This document shows, piece by piece, positions 52,991-64,000 of a stretch of 64,000 nt of DNA. The stretch is from Iphione sp. A-MEVVRFRX5. Lineage: Eukaryota. The stretch is taken from contig OZ320315.1 of assembly GCA_976226885.1 (NCBI GenBank), positions 38,688,001 to 38,752,000 on the forward strand, read 5' to 3'. The position numbers and the translations under genes were made by a program. The first letter of the stretch is position 1, and each line of letters begins with the position of its first letter. The notes beneath the pieces are model-generated. The model was not told where the DNA came from and ran no database searches. It saw nothing but the letters and a program-made list of their open reading frames with translations.

Positions 52991-53599
52991 CATGTACATG
53001 TACAATCGTTTTCCTGGCGGTTTATGCAGAATTTGTGGATAGTTCGGTTTGAAATAACAACCACACAGCATGTGAAATATGAAAGATTTGGTCTCCACAC
53101 GTTGATCGTACATTCTACTATTAGCATGCCCCTTCATTCAGCGAGATATGTATTTGAAATCAAAAGCATAAGTAAGCATGCCATGTGCTATTATGTAAAC
53201 TGGAACCTTTTTACAGCATTTTCATCTCTACCGGAAGACGGTCTGTAGTGTTCGTAAATATTTGAAACCTACCAGTAAACAGACGTCGTTGTCACAATAT
53301 TACCATGATGGGGAATGAACGAGACACCCGAGTCACATCTTTCATCTAACGTCTTCTTGCTGTTGTCAAAGAAACGGTACGGATCATCTTCCAAGTACGA
53401 GCCCTGTCCTTGGAACACGACAAAAAAAAACGAAGGGAACCCTTTCTTTACCGTAGTTCCCCATAACAGTTACCGTTTCAATACTCTTGTCGGGAGTTCT
53501 AACGTCAGAATGAAGTAACTCACTTAGTTCCGGGTCGAAAACATTAAAGCCAGGGAACAGGGTATTGATTATATTTCAACGGCGCTGGTTCAACAGCTC

Positions 53600-54210
53600 A
53601 ATAGCACTTCTTTTCGTGAGGTATTCATATTTTCCCCTGCATGGTGGATACGTGTCTGGATGAAGCCCCCGCTAGGACCCATTCACGCCACAAGTAAATG
53701 AGAACCGACCTGCCGTGCAATTGCAATAAGTGAAAATGATTTTCATGTTCAGTATTCCATCCCCTGATTCAAAACGCTGATCGGCAGAGGAGGGGGGGGG
53801 AGCAGGTCTGCCGGTCAATATTTTAGACCACATGACAGGTATGGGTTGTATCGCATCAATCAGTACTGATTACCTATTGATCCATCATTCCCTCAACTAC
53901 CCATATCGAACTAATCAATACGCAGACCAAGCTACGTCGCCGCCTGGTTTGCACGTGTCGGGGGTGCGCCCTTTCGGTGCCCATCATGACCTCAGTTATC
54001 GCCCCCTCTGAGCAGTATGGCCCAGCACGCCCTTGTGAGGTTTAAACCATCATTATACCGGTAAAATGCAGATCTACAGAAGGTACTAGGCAGGACTGGT
54101 CGCTGATTTTCGCGGTGGCGATCTCTCTTGCCCACCTCTACACTCGTACCAACCAACCCACCACACACACCCCTGGTGGGGCTGTCACAATCAATAGGGT
54201 CTAGCCACAC
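53600..54210 (-). pseudogene. Internally duplicated dUTPase-fold remnant
   Basis: PTRGVCGGL...FCRSAF...LLRGGDN*...PTRANQAAT...(frameshift) LCRSAF. The two CRSAF copies (codons starting at 54078 and 53786) are about 97 codons apart. Confidence 0.5.
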
Positions 54211-54782
54211 GTTGGCTTACAGAACGGTTATATTGGACTGAACGACTGCCAACGACAGCTGTATGTCGGCGGAAATCCTAGCCGGGAAGCCAACAAGGCG
54301 AGCTACAAACGAGCCCGGCCACTGTCATTTGATTTAAGTAAAGATAGGGTTAAAGGGGTACCGGATCCCTCCCGTCCATGGACAGCATTCCGTTTGGGGA
54401 AACCCATTCCATAGTCTCTTGTGTTTCCTGTGTGCTATTGAATGGCAGTCTCACACAAAGGGTGCTTTTCCTGTTAAATTTAACATTCTTCTTTGGCTGG
54501 GACACGAACGTGAGTGAATAAAAATAAGATGAATTTTCGGCGTGGCCGCTAGAAAGCGCAAACCGACGACTGGGACTGGAAACTTACATTGTTGGACTGC
54601 ACAATAGGCTTGTGTGGTTGGTGCCCATCAATTCCCACCCCCCATCCCCAACCTCTGACAAGGTTGTTTCTGCTTAACAGTCGCCTGCTCACGACGGTAA
54701 CCGCCATGCGACGTGTTCCTCTGCAGAGCCGAGCTGCACAATAGTCGGTCAGCCTTTCCACGGTGTACTTGGACTTGACCTC

Positions 54783-55058
54783 TTGACCTATGTCAAGAGG
54801 TCATCCGTGGGCGTCATAAATAAGGGCGACATCGTCGCGTGCGGCGTCTACTCGGGCGTGCCGGAGCAGGTGTCGCCCGCGCAGGAGGACAGGGAGCAGC
54901 TCATCTTTACCTGCTGTCCCGACGTCAGCGCCGTGTCGCTGCTGCTGCTGGCGCCTCGTGTAGAGGCATCATCAGCGGCGGCGGCGGCAGCAGCAGCAGC
55001 AGCAGCAGCAGGAGACGCCAGTAGGACAGGCCTCAGCAGTATCTGCACCGACTGGTGA
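54783..55058 (+). CDS. Uninterrupted 91-aa GC3-rich ORF, probable family member, with a poly-Ala tract
   Basis: Strong third-position G/C bias. VKRSSVGVINKGDIVA resembles motif 2 plus I..GD.IA (motif 4). Confidence 0.4.
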   Translation: MTYVKRSSVGVINKGDIVACGVYSGVPEQVSPAQEDREQLIFTCCPDVSAVSLLLLAPRVEASSAAAAAAAAAAAAGDASRTGLSSICTDW

Positions 55059-55505
55059 AAACCAACGGCAGGGTCTCTCCCCTTATCAATGTGGTGCTCA
55101 GTACATTTTCACTCTATATGATCCGGAGCCTTTATCGCGCCGGGTTCCGTTTCGCTTTACTCCTTGGGTTAATACTCAGTATATGTCCCCCTCTCATGTG
55201 ACTATTTGTGCTATTCTTGTTCTACAGCATACCCTCAAACCATAATATAAAACCTGGTTTTACTGTATAAATCAATGGAGCGTTTTGTGTACTATTCTCA
55301 CCCTGGCAATTTTACATAATCCAGTGCTACAATATGACCGACCTCTCTATGAACTGAAAGCAACTGTGGGCGTCGTTTTACTGTCACGAACTAGGCAGAT
55401 ACAGTTGTTGCCCGCTGTCACTGTGTAGCACCAGTATTTGGTTGGCGGCATGTATTAACAGCCTTGCCCTCTGTCTCCCCCAACTCGAGCTGCTCGCTGC
55501 GGAGG

Positions 55506-55606
55506 ATGAGCGCCTCTAGTCGGCAGTCGCCGCCGGGCGGGTTGACACGGAACGACTCGCGCGGCAATAAACGAGACCTTGACCGACGGCGGCGACCTTG
55601 GCACTG
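55506..55606 (+). pseudogene. Family remnant paralogous to the 12828 frame
   Basis: NDSRGNKRDLDRRRRPWH* vs ATARGLGDDLEIRR*PWG. Confidence 0.4.
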
Positions 55607-58148
55607 ACAGGGAACACCAGTCTAAACGTACGCCGGCCCACCCTTCACGTCCGACGACGACGACGACGACGACGACCACGCGAATATGGGTTGAATCTAC
55701 TTCCCCGCGATACATCTCCTCGGGTGGCTTGCTGCCTGTTGTACCGGTGCAGCAATGATAAAGCGCCTGGCTGCCCCCCGGTCATTAAGTTGCCACTGCT
55801 AAAGTCATCTCGATAACAGGAGAAAAACAACGAAGATAAAACGGCCAAAGCCTCTCTCCCAATCTGTTCAAGGCATCGACTCTTTTAATCTAAACAATGT
55901 TGACTTTACATATATCTGTAAACATTAACTGAAGCAAGGGGGTTAACGTAGTGCGATAGGTATCAAAATACAATACATGTACAAAAATGATATAATGATC
56001 ACCGCTTAAATATCTGTCTATATATGTATTTGTTATTATACATTCAGGGAGAACAAGGTACTTCTGTTCCATTCACGTTCAATTTTCTTTAAGTTATACG
56101 GTACTGATGTTTCTCCAGATCAATTCAGAGCATCTGATGTAACCTTAAATAAAACCCTATATTTTGCAATTCGTGTTAACTGTGTCAAATAATAATCAGG
56201 TGAAAAACCTTTGCCCATCACCTATGAATTAAAGTTATTTTGATTGCCCATTTGAGCATTATTAGTAAGAGTTACACTGCAAGAGGAAGAAAAAAACCAT
56301 TGATTAGGATATAGGGGTAATGAGGGCATATTTATGCAGTGGAGTTCTTGTGTTAATATTGCATCGAACATTATTCACTCTTTCTGTAATTCTTAAGGTT
56401 TTTCGCTGTTAAAAAGAAAGTGAAGACGTTTAGCACGGCATTCAAGGGTATGACTGTCTTCAGGGTGTATTTATTCGTTATCATGGGTAACAGGTTTTTG
56501 GGAATTAGCGTCGATGTTGGTTGTCTGAAAATGTGTGAGATGTGTAACAGGAGTCATAGCAGTGGTGATGTCACTACAGGCGGTACAGGGTAGACAGATA
56601 TAAGGCACTAGAGCACACGGACACCTAGCTACCTACGGGTGGGAGACTTACTTTTTCCAGTTGCGGGTGTCCTGGGGTGTGCCGGCGGTCCAGTGCGGGC
56701 CCTCCAGTCCATAGCCGGGAAGGAGCCAGGGTGGAAGGTGCCTGTTGAGGAAGAAGGAAGACAAATTTAATAATTAAGATCAGAGCGGGCGTAGAAGAGG
56801 CATTGAAGGGCCGCTAATGGCAAAGGGTGAAATACGTCCAACGAATACATGTCCAACGAAACAGCGTCAATTTAGCTCTGAGGATTTTATACATACATAC
56901 TGAATTCATTTTTTCCAGGACATACATTGATCCGATGCAAATCATTATTTTGTATAAATTATCCCTGCTGAAGCCACGTGAGTGTACAAAATATTGGGGA
57001 AATTAAAATTCACCATTAATTTCTCATCCTACTTGTTCTATTATTGTGTTGCTAACATTGTTCTATAGTAATGTTTAAATGGTTACATTCTAAAGCGATA
57101 TTGCTTCAGAACTAGAAGGACACACGTTGAGGGACAATACGTTCAGTTATAATTTATTATGGCAGGTTCAGCTGTGAGGCCAGTAAATTGGGATATTATT
57201 CAATATCAGCAAGGTGTCGATTGATGGCTTTGCTGTCCTTGTATCAATAAGTTATCCACTACTGAACATTTTTATTTATTTTTCAGTCAGGAAAAAGCGT
57301 CGCACTCCTGTACATTTTTATTTCGTTGTCATTCTGGAAAAAGGCGTCCCGATGATGCAGACGTGAATATGTCGATATTCAGCATATTGCATTGGACGAT
57401 TAGCCCAAAAGAAAAGTATAATATAACGAAAACCTTACAACATAGCTCAAATTATGTTTCAAAGGGCATTTGAGCAGGTTAACCACGGTCTCCAGGTAAA
57501 TGAGTCAGACAACAGGGGATGACTGTATTCAGATGTTTGCAGAACAAATCAAAATCGTACGAACCAATTTCGCATGTAGTTTAGTTGATGATGTGAATAA
57601 ACGTACCATATATTTTATTCGATACATACTTGCTTATTCATTATAGGTATCAGAAGAGCAAGCTCAAATGATCTCAACGGGATAATCAAGTTGCCTAGGC
57701 AAGCAGAGAAGCAGGACAACCGGGAAATACAGTACACATAAACACAACACCGCCGTTCCACTAATGAAGAATGGAGCGCCTATGGATATGTATATGCCAT
57801 GTAAACTAGAGAAAGGCCCCTGGCTAGTCAAGGTGGAGGCAGGGATATTGGATAACACACAGCAGGCTTAGACAGCTAGAGAGAGAGAGAGAATAGTAGA
57901 GAGGAATACGAGACCGGTGTGCAGCCATCAAGATGTGAGGAAGATGAGGAGGTTGATGGAGGATATGGATGCCCTCCGCAGAGAGGTCGCCGCCTGCCGA
58001 ACAGAACGCCGGCCGCTCGCGCCTCCTCCGTCTAGCACTGCTGTTCGCCCATCGTCGACCGGTTGACAACTTCTGCTTCCGGCAGCAGCGTCGACGACAG
58101 GTTCGGTAGCGATAGCGATGCCGAAGGCAGCTTTACGTTGGGCGGGCT

Positions 58149-58623
58149 ATGGAAGAGGTAGGTGGTAGAGGAGTAGGAGGAGCAGAACAACAGTGGCAGT
58201 GGCAGGCGGAGAGCGGACAGCCGCCTCACCCCCGCCATGTACACCTCCAGGGGCCCATCCGACTGCTGCTGGGTGTCAGGCCCCTGCTTGCTGGCAGTGC
58301 AGCGACGGCCGGGAACTGCTGCTGCTCTGGCGACGACGGCAGCGGCGGCGGCGTTGGCGGCTGCGGCGGCGGTGGTGGCGGTGGTGGTGGTAGGCGCGGC
58401 GGATGCTGGCACTGGTGGCCGAGCAGAACAGGCCCTTCATCCAACAGACGCGTCGGGGAGGATGTTCTGTCAGAGCGGGCTCCTCGACCTCGCCAGGCCG
58501 TTCAACAGAAGCAGCGTATTATATAGATGGCTACGATCTGCTCACGGGTTGCGCGAAAATCGATGCTCGTTTATGAAGAACGCACATGGCAATCTCAACT
58601 TTGAGAATATGCCCTGGTATTGA
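58149..58623 (+). pseudogene. GC-rich degenerate coding-like segment with Ala/Gly/Val tracts
   Basis: Overlapping open frames with GC3-rich stretches; no convincing motif. Confidence 0.22.
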
Positions 58624-58899
58624 CAGTAGTAGTGGTGGTGGTGGTGGTGGTGGTAGTAGAAGTGGCTGTAGTAGCAGTGTGAAAGGCAGTACTAATAGAA
58701 CAAGTTGTTGCTATGGTTGTTGAAGACAAACGACACGGGAAGAGTAGCGATCGTTCTAGTAGTGATGGTAGTTGTGATGGTGGCAAGAGTAGTATTAACA
58801 GTAGTAGTAGTAGGTAGTGGTAGTATCAGCAGAACAGTTACAGGAGTGATGTCTAGAGGAGGAGGCAAAGAGGACTGGTGTTGGCAGGATAAGAGCCAA

Positions 58900-59778
58900 G
58901 TGGCCCGAAGTCGGCCCACTGAGGGGCCCTGAGGATATGCCGGCCGTTCCTTCACTGACCCCTTAAGGCCTGCGGCCAACTGGCAACCACACCGAAGCAC
59001 AGCTCGTGCCGGCCACTGACCGCTCTAAGGTGACATCAGGATCTACTACATGCATGCCAGCGTCTCCTCACTAGCAAGAGCGCCACGGACACCACCACTA
59101 TCAAGCACTGAAGAGCCATCTTGTGCCAGTGGTCGGTACTATTTCCAAGATGGCCGCCCCGCACGTGCACTCTTATGATGGGTGCCCATGCTGCTCCGAT
59201 GAAGGGGGGTCCGCCTCTCTCTCTATGTGTGAACCGCTCGCCATGGGAACGGTGTAATCACCGGTGGTGGCACTTAGATGCGCCAGCTAGAATCCCCCCT
59301 CTTCCTCCACACATGCATCCAGTCAACCTGATACTTAGCATCTGTGAAGGCCTTATCAGTCAATAGTCGCAGGCGTGTGCTGATATTGCTTCGGCACGCG
59401 AGCCATTGCCAACCAGCATCAGGAACAGTGTGCAGAGGAGCAGTCAATAGCTACCGTGCACCACTCTAACCAAATATTGGCGACTGGAGCACTGGCGGCG
59501 ACGATGGCCACCCCACCGCCGCCGCCTCCGCCGCTGAGGCTTCCGCCATACGTTAGTCTATGTGGTTTAATGTGAGTATGCGTTAGCTGTGTGCAAATGT
59601 AAATAGCTGTGTGCTCCAAGTAAAAGCCAGTTTCTGTCGCCCAAACTCCGCCTCCTGGATATCTGATTACGTATCTTTTGTCAATAGGCATTGGATTACT
59701 GCAGTGTCTCAGGTTTGATTTTGCCAGATAAAGCATCAGACGAACATACATTATCGATGTATTTATGAATATGTACAT
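58900..59778 (-). pseudogene. Probable family remnant(s)
   Basis: VAASAPVANIW, PFIGAAWAPIIRVHVRGGHL and HELCFGV resemble AFVGGWAQ..SAPVRVPWVRGNL (42232), APVIRNDRGHL (62363) and VCFG (about 60612). Confidence 0.3.
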
Positions 59779-60387
59779 TAAAGGTTTACATCATACAACG
59801 CCGAATCACACGAGGACTCAGAGAAAGCACGCCACGCGTTATTCATTCTCCTGTTGCTCTTTGAAAAAAATGATTTGTTGACTTGTACTGGTCGATCTAC
59901 ACTAGAAGTGAGCGGTTATCCGTAGGCGGAGGGCAGACCACCAAAGAGCAAGGGGAGCTGGGGGAGGCGGGGAGACGCCGGAAAGACACTGATGCCGGTG
60001 TCACCAGTCCTAATTGTAGCAAAATCTCGTTAACATGAACGATAAAAGCAGCAAGAGCATTACATTGATTTTACAGCTAATCGCTCCAAACAGGAGGCTA
60101 GGTGAATAATTAAACGGCACTCCAAGGAGAATTGCTGAGAGAGAGTGTTTCGTTGTGCTGTGAGGTGCAGGAGGTGCAGTGATTCACAAAGTGCAATAAC
60201 TCACAAGGGCCACCACAATCGGAATATACTCAATCAAGACAATCAACAAACAACAAAGAAAAGGCGCATTGAACGCGTTTGAGACCTTGAGTGTGCTGCA
60301 AATTTGCTGTGTGGTCGAGCCATGGGTGCAGTAGAACGTAGTAGAGACACGACCATGGTGTGGTCTCCTCTGCTCCCTGCTGAGACT

Positions 60388-60762
60388 ATGCAGGAGACAG
60401 CGGCAGCGGTAGCTTGCCTAGCCCCTCCAGAACCTGAAGCAACTGTACCACTACTAACGAGGGAGACATAGATTCAGCGGCAGGCCTTGATACCGGCAAA
60501 GGGTGCTTCACCTGTAAGGCGCTCGTTGCTTTTGCAGGGAGGGGGTTGGAGACAAAGAGGGAGGGAGGGAGGGAGGGAGGGAGGGTGTACCGGCGACAGA
60601 AAGAAGGGGCCTGTTTGCTTCGGACCAATGCGTGCACACCTGGAGGAAGAGGTTTCCATTGGCTCCGGCAGGGGGAGTGGGCTGGTTCCTCCCGCAGTCA
60701 CTAGAGGGGGGAAGTGTGCTGCTGCTCGCCACACGAACGGCTATAGCTTGCTGGGGTGGTAG
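60388..60762 (+). pseudogene. dUTPase-fold remnant (frameshifts near 60461 and in the GGGA repeat)
   Basis: LLTR/GDIDSAAGLD (SAAGLD at 60474-60491, motif 1), then GPVCFGPMRAHLEEEVSIGSGRGSGL (motif 2-like). HLEEE matches HIEEE near 12880. Confidence 0.52.
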
Positions 60763-61484
60763 CAGTGACGTACGTTGCCGGTGGTGGAAATGGTGCTGGT
60801 AATGTTCAGATGGGGAGACGGTGGTGATGGTGATAATGGTGGCGGTGATGATGGTGCTGGTAGTGTTGGTGGCAATGGTAGCTATAATGGTGGCCTTTCT
60901 GGTATTATGCGGGAAGATAGAGGGTTTCAGACGGGACAGCACTGCGTAGACCATTTGGCTAGCAGCCAGCTCCGCAGTAAGGTTGCAAAAAATACAGGCG
61001 ACGGCAGTATCTCAATCCTCCCCTCGTCATCCGTTTCTACTGCCCTTTTGCACTGCTGCCTTTGGTTGGAAACCTCCGCCTCCCCTGGTTGATGACCGTA
61101 GTTGGCCTACCCGTGGAGGCAACTGCCGACAGACAGGTAAAAATGCGACCTGGATAGCAGCGCACAAGCAGAGCGATGCTGTCTGGAAGTGAGATCGATG
61201 CCCCTGCCTAACCATTATCCCTCCACGCTCAGCGGGTGATGATCATCCCCTTTCACCCTAGTGGTCCCCAGGGTTATTTGCCCCTTTCATCCCAGCAAGG
61301 CTTCTCGTACAGGGGGGCTCCTCTTAGTGAGGCTGCACTGGCTACCACTTAGCTCAAGCCGCGTTAACGCAATGACCGCTAACCTAGAGCACACCCTGCC
61401 AATAAAGCACACCGCTGCAACCTCACTCAATAGAGGGACACTTTCGCATCTGTGCACTGAATTCAGAAACATTGTAGACCAGCT

Positions 61485-61964
61485 ATGCGCATGTTTGCCA
61501 AGCCATTAGGGCCAAGATGGCTCTTAAGTGTAATTCTACCTCAATATAGTCAGCTTCGATGGTACTGCACTGATCAGGGGCCCCTTGTTACTTGGGTGGG
61601 GTTTTGCCAAATGCTGCTGCCTTCAAGTAGGGGTCGAGGGATGGTGGAGTTGGAGTATTTTCATGAGAGCCATGCGTCATTTGCGGATGGCACACTCCAA
61701 GCGTCATACGATCGGGCCCCAGCAGGGGTTGGGGCCATACTGCGCAGCTGTTCAAAGTGTTGCTCCCACGGCGATGGCAGAGGAGAACGCGGGAAAGAAG
61801 TTGACACGATTCCTGGCACGAACCACATCGTCGTGTGGCTTCGTAGTATTGAGAGCCGGAACCGTGCGACAAGCATTTACCGGCCTATTCCCAGGCCGGT
61901 CGATACCCGTCGCCGGGGACAAGTGTCGTGTCCTCTGCAAGGATGTACCTTTATTAGCCACTAA
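61485..61964 (+). CDS. Uninterrupted 159-aa ORF with a dUTPase-fold-like domain (candidate live member)
   Basis: LSVILPQY, MLLPSSRGRGMV (motif 2-like), FADGTLQASYDR (motif 3-like), GVGAILR and SHGDGR in the canonical order. Confidence 0.45.
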   Translation: MRMFAKPLGPRWLLSVILPQYSQLRWYCTDQGPLVTWVGFCQMLLPSSRGRGMVELEYFHESHASFADGTLQASYDRAPAGVGAILRSCSKCCSHGDGRGERGKEVDTIPGTNHIVVWLRSIESRNRATSIYRPIPRPVDTRRRGQVSCPLQGCTFISH

Positions 61965-62363
61965 TTAGTCCGGGTCGTTAATGATGCTGTAGCAATGGAG
62001 GGGGGGGGCAGGTAGTCGTGGTGGCTGTAGTCGCCGCCGCCGCCGCTGCCGCCGTAGAGAGAGGAAAAGGTGGGGGGGAGGGTAGTAGACTGGACCAAGG
62101 GTGGGGGGCAGGAGGGAGGGGCGGGTTGATAGAGGAGGATTGCCTACGGAACAAGACGTGTAGCCTCTGTGTTCGTAATGGATTCGCCTCGGCGAATCAA
62201 ATAAACGAGGCCGGAATGGCTGGTGGCACGCGGCGAAAGACAAGTGGCCGCGGTCATTGCGGATGACAGGCGCTGCTACACAGTGGTCAATTCCCCGGGC
62301 CATGTCGCCAACGTGAATTAGCAGCGCGACGGCAAGACAAGCCAAATCACGCCCGATCCGCAA
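61965..62363 (-). pseudogene. 132-codon frame, probable family remnant
   Basis: GDMARGIDHCVAAPVI is motif 1-like. Confidence 0.35.
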
Positions 62364-62705
62364 TCAAGACGACATACAAAAGCCTTCCCTTTGTACGTGA
62401 TATACTGATCTTCGAATCATCTATTTTTTTGTACTCTGTAATTGGTATTAGTCGTACATTACATGTATATGCAATAAAGACATGTGGGTGCTTTATCTAA
62501 CATTAAAATGGTGACTGTCTAATTATAGGATGCCTATCACATCGACGCATTCGACATGGCAAAACATAAATCTGTCTCTCTCTTATATATGTACATGTAG
62601 GTGCACACTCAGCTTGATACACGTAGCGCTAGGATGGTAACGTGCACGCATCTTGCACCATGTTGACCTCTTACGCAAGCGACGATACATACAGCTAAAG
62701 GTACG

Positions 62706-63853
62706 TTAAATAGAAGAACTCATTGCGCCTGACCTGTCGACATCGTCGGTGCAGTCTTGCTGCAGAGGTACGGCCTGCTTGTCCTTTGATTCTCGTCGGT
62801 GAACCTCCAACACTGCTTTGCCCGTTGCCTCTCCATTGGGCCTGAAGAAACGTAGCGAAAACACCATCTTTTTCTTGTTTGCCCCTTTAGGGGGACTGGA
62901 TCCGCTCGAGCCACCATGACTGGCACTCTGGCCGTGCGAGGACCCGCCAGGTTTGACTGGCGGGTGGCAGGAGGCATGCAGACCATGCATCAAGCGGCCG
63001 TGTCGTTGAACCCAAAGCCAAAGCACAACCTGCTGTATACGCCCATTTAGGTGCACTACTCACGTACTCCTTTCAACTCCGTCGAGGCTGAGTTACTACG
63101 ACCAACTGTGCGGCGCGGCCGGCTGCGGCTGCGGCTGCGGCTGCGGAGGGTGTTGGTGTTTGATGATGGGGAGCAGTGTGATGTATTCCCTTCCGCACAC
63201 CTGTGGCAGGCAGATGGGTGGCGCAGTCCAGGGATGGCGATAGAAACTGTCGAATCTTAGATCCCGGTCGTCCGCCCTACAACCACGCCAGGCCGGACTT
63301 GACAGACCATCACGGTGTGAGCAGGCCGGCTAGGCGGCCACAATGGAGAACGCCCCAGCGGCACCACCGTTCGGGCGCGTGTGCAACGTTGCTGACTCCC
63401 AGTGATAGCAACTGGCCTAATTATACCATGCTCGATAGAAAGCATCGATAGTACTCCGGTAACGGCGTGCGCTGACGCAGTCGGCCGGCTCGGTAAAGTG
63501 GCCCACTACTCTTACACTTGGCTGACTTGTAAAGTGCAATGTGGTGGCCGATGGGAGTGGTCAGTGAGCTTCCTGTCGGCCTGCCAGCGTCCAGTGTAGT
63601 GAGTGAGCACCGTTGTGTCGGCAGCAAATTTGCTCCGTCCTCCTTCAGTGCCGAGCAACAGTTCCCTCTATATTCCTCTCTTCTCGAAAGTCCGGTAAAC
63701 ATCAATGGGACGAGAGGACCCTTTCAGGCTTCCGTCGAGGCAGTGGGAACGAGTTCTAGCACTACGACACCAAGGCACTCGCACGGGTATCGGTATTGCT
63801 CTGTAACCAGTTCTCCCAAGTGAGAGGCCGAACGGAAGGATAATGGCTGTCAC
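62706..63853 (-). pseudogene. GC-rich degenerate coding-like segment, probable family remnant
   Basis: Near-open frames. PIPVRVPW matches SAPVRVPW near 42180 with synonymous codon differences, and RLCFGF is present. Confidence 0.3.
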
Positions 63854-63881
63854 ACCAAGGCCTCTCCAGTCTTCTCTCTGT

Positions 63882-63884
<3 letters not shown>

Positions 63885-63948
<64 letters not shown>
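63885..63948. repeat. (CT)n microsatellite
   Basis: Directly visible. Confidence 0.97.
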
Positions 63949-63950
<2 letters not shown>

Positions 63951-64000
63951 TTTTCGTGTATATATATGTAATCCACCTGTTTGCTCTCAGTGAACGTTGA

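Noticed and set aside
58237-58623. TDAS peptide resembling DIRS RNase H
   Set aside because: No following GWG, and no reverse transcriptase or tyrosine recombinase motifs nearby.
63770-63800. Exact PVRVPW match with about 42170 as standalone proof of homology
   Set aside because: Many chance hexamer matches are expected in a six-frame translation of this size; used only as supporting evidence.
1207-63853. Stop-codon reassignment, readthrough or sequencing error as the reason for the interrupted frames
   Set aside because: All three stop types and frameshifts occur, while the adjacent Kv1 ORFs are clean in the standard code.
1-64000. Core viral or retroelement genes, CRISPR arrays, rRNA
   Set aside because: No polymerase, terminase, capsid, RT (Y.DD), integrase or transposase motifs, no regular spacer-repeat array and no rRNA-like sequence were recognised, so a viral origin is not asserted.

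Overview
This is animal genomic DNA. The degenerate TTAGGG-type repeat, intronless Shaker genes and frequent TACATGTA octamers suggest a marine invertebrate (inference). Only two conventional genes are clear. Both are intronless Shaker/Kv1 potassium-channel paralogues on the minus strand: <1..959 (cut by the window edge) and 4603..5862. Both lack the first S4 arginine. Most of the rest looks like ordinary intergenic DNA. Translating through stops and frameshifts by hand, however, gives roughly 30 degenerate reading frames on both strands that resemble the trimeric-dUTPase (beta-clip) fold. Motif 1-5-like segments occur in the canonical order and with roughly canonical spacing. Several remnants carry two or three tandem domains, and they share family-specific peptides (PSAW, WDVI, RRPW, H[IL]EEE, RRQ[KT]PLP). 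The remnants surround and lie between the Kv1 genes. I found no reverse transcriptase, integrase, transposase, DNA polymerase or capsid gene, so the origin is unresolved: a decayed herpes-like endogenous virus or a host birth-and-death gene array are both possible. All dUTPase calls come from alignment by eye, and each is only weak to moderate. The case rests on their number, motif order and mutual similarity, and it needs a frameshift-aware HMM search. The window also contains microsatellites, a MITE-like element with a telomere-like core, a tRNA-like segment and a 135-N assembly gap.
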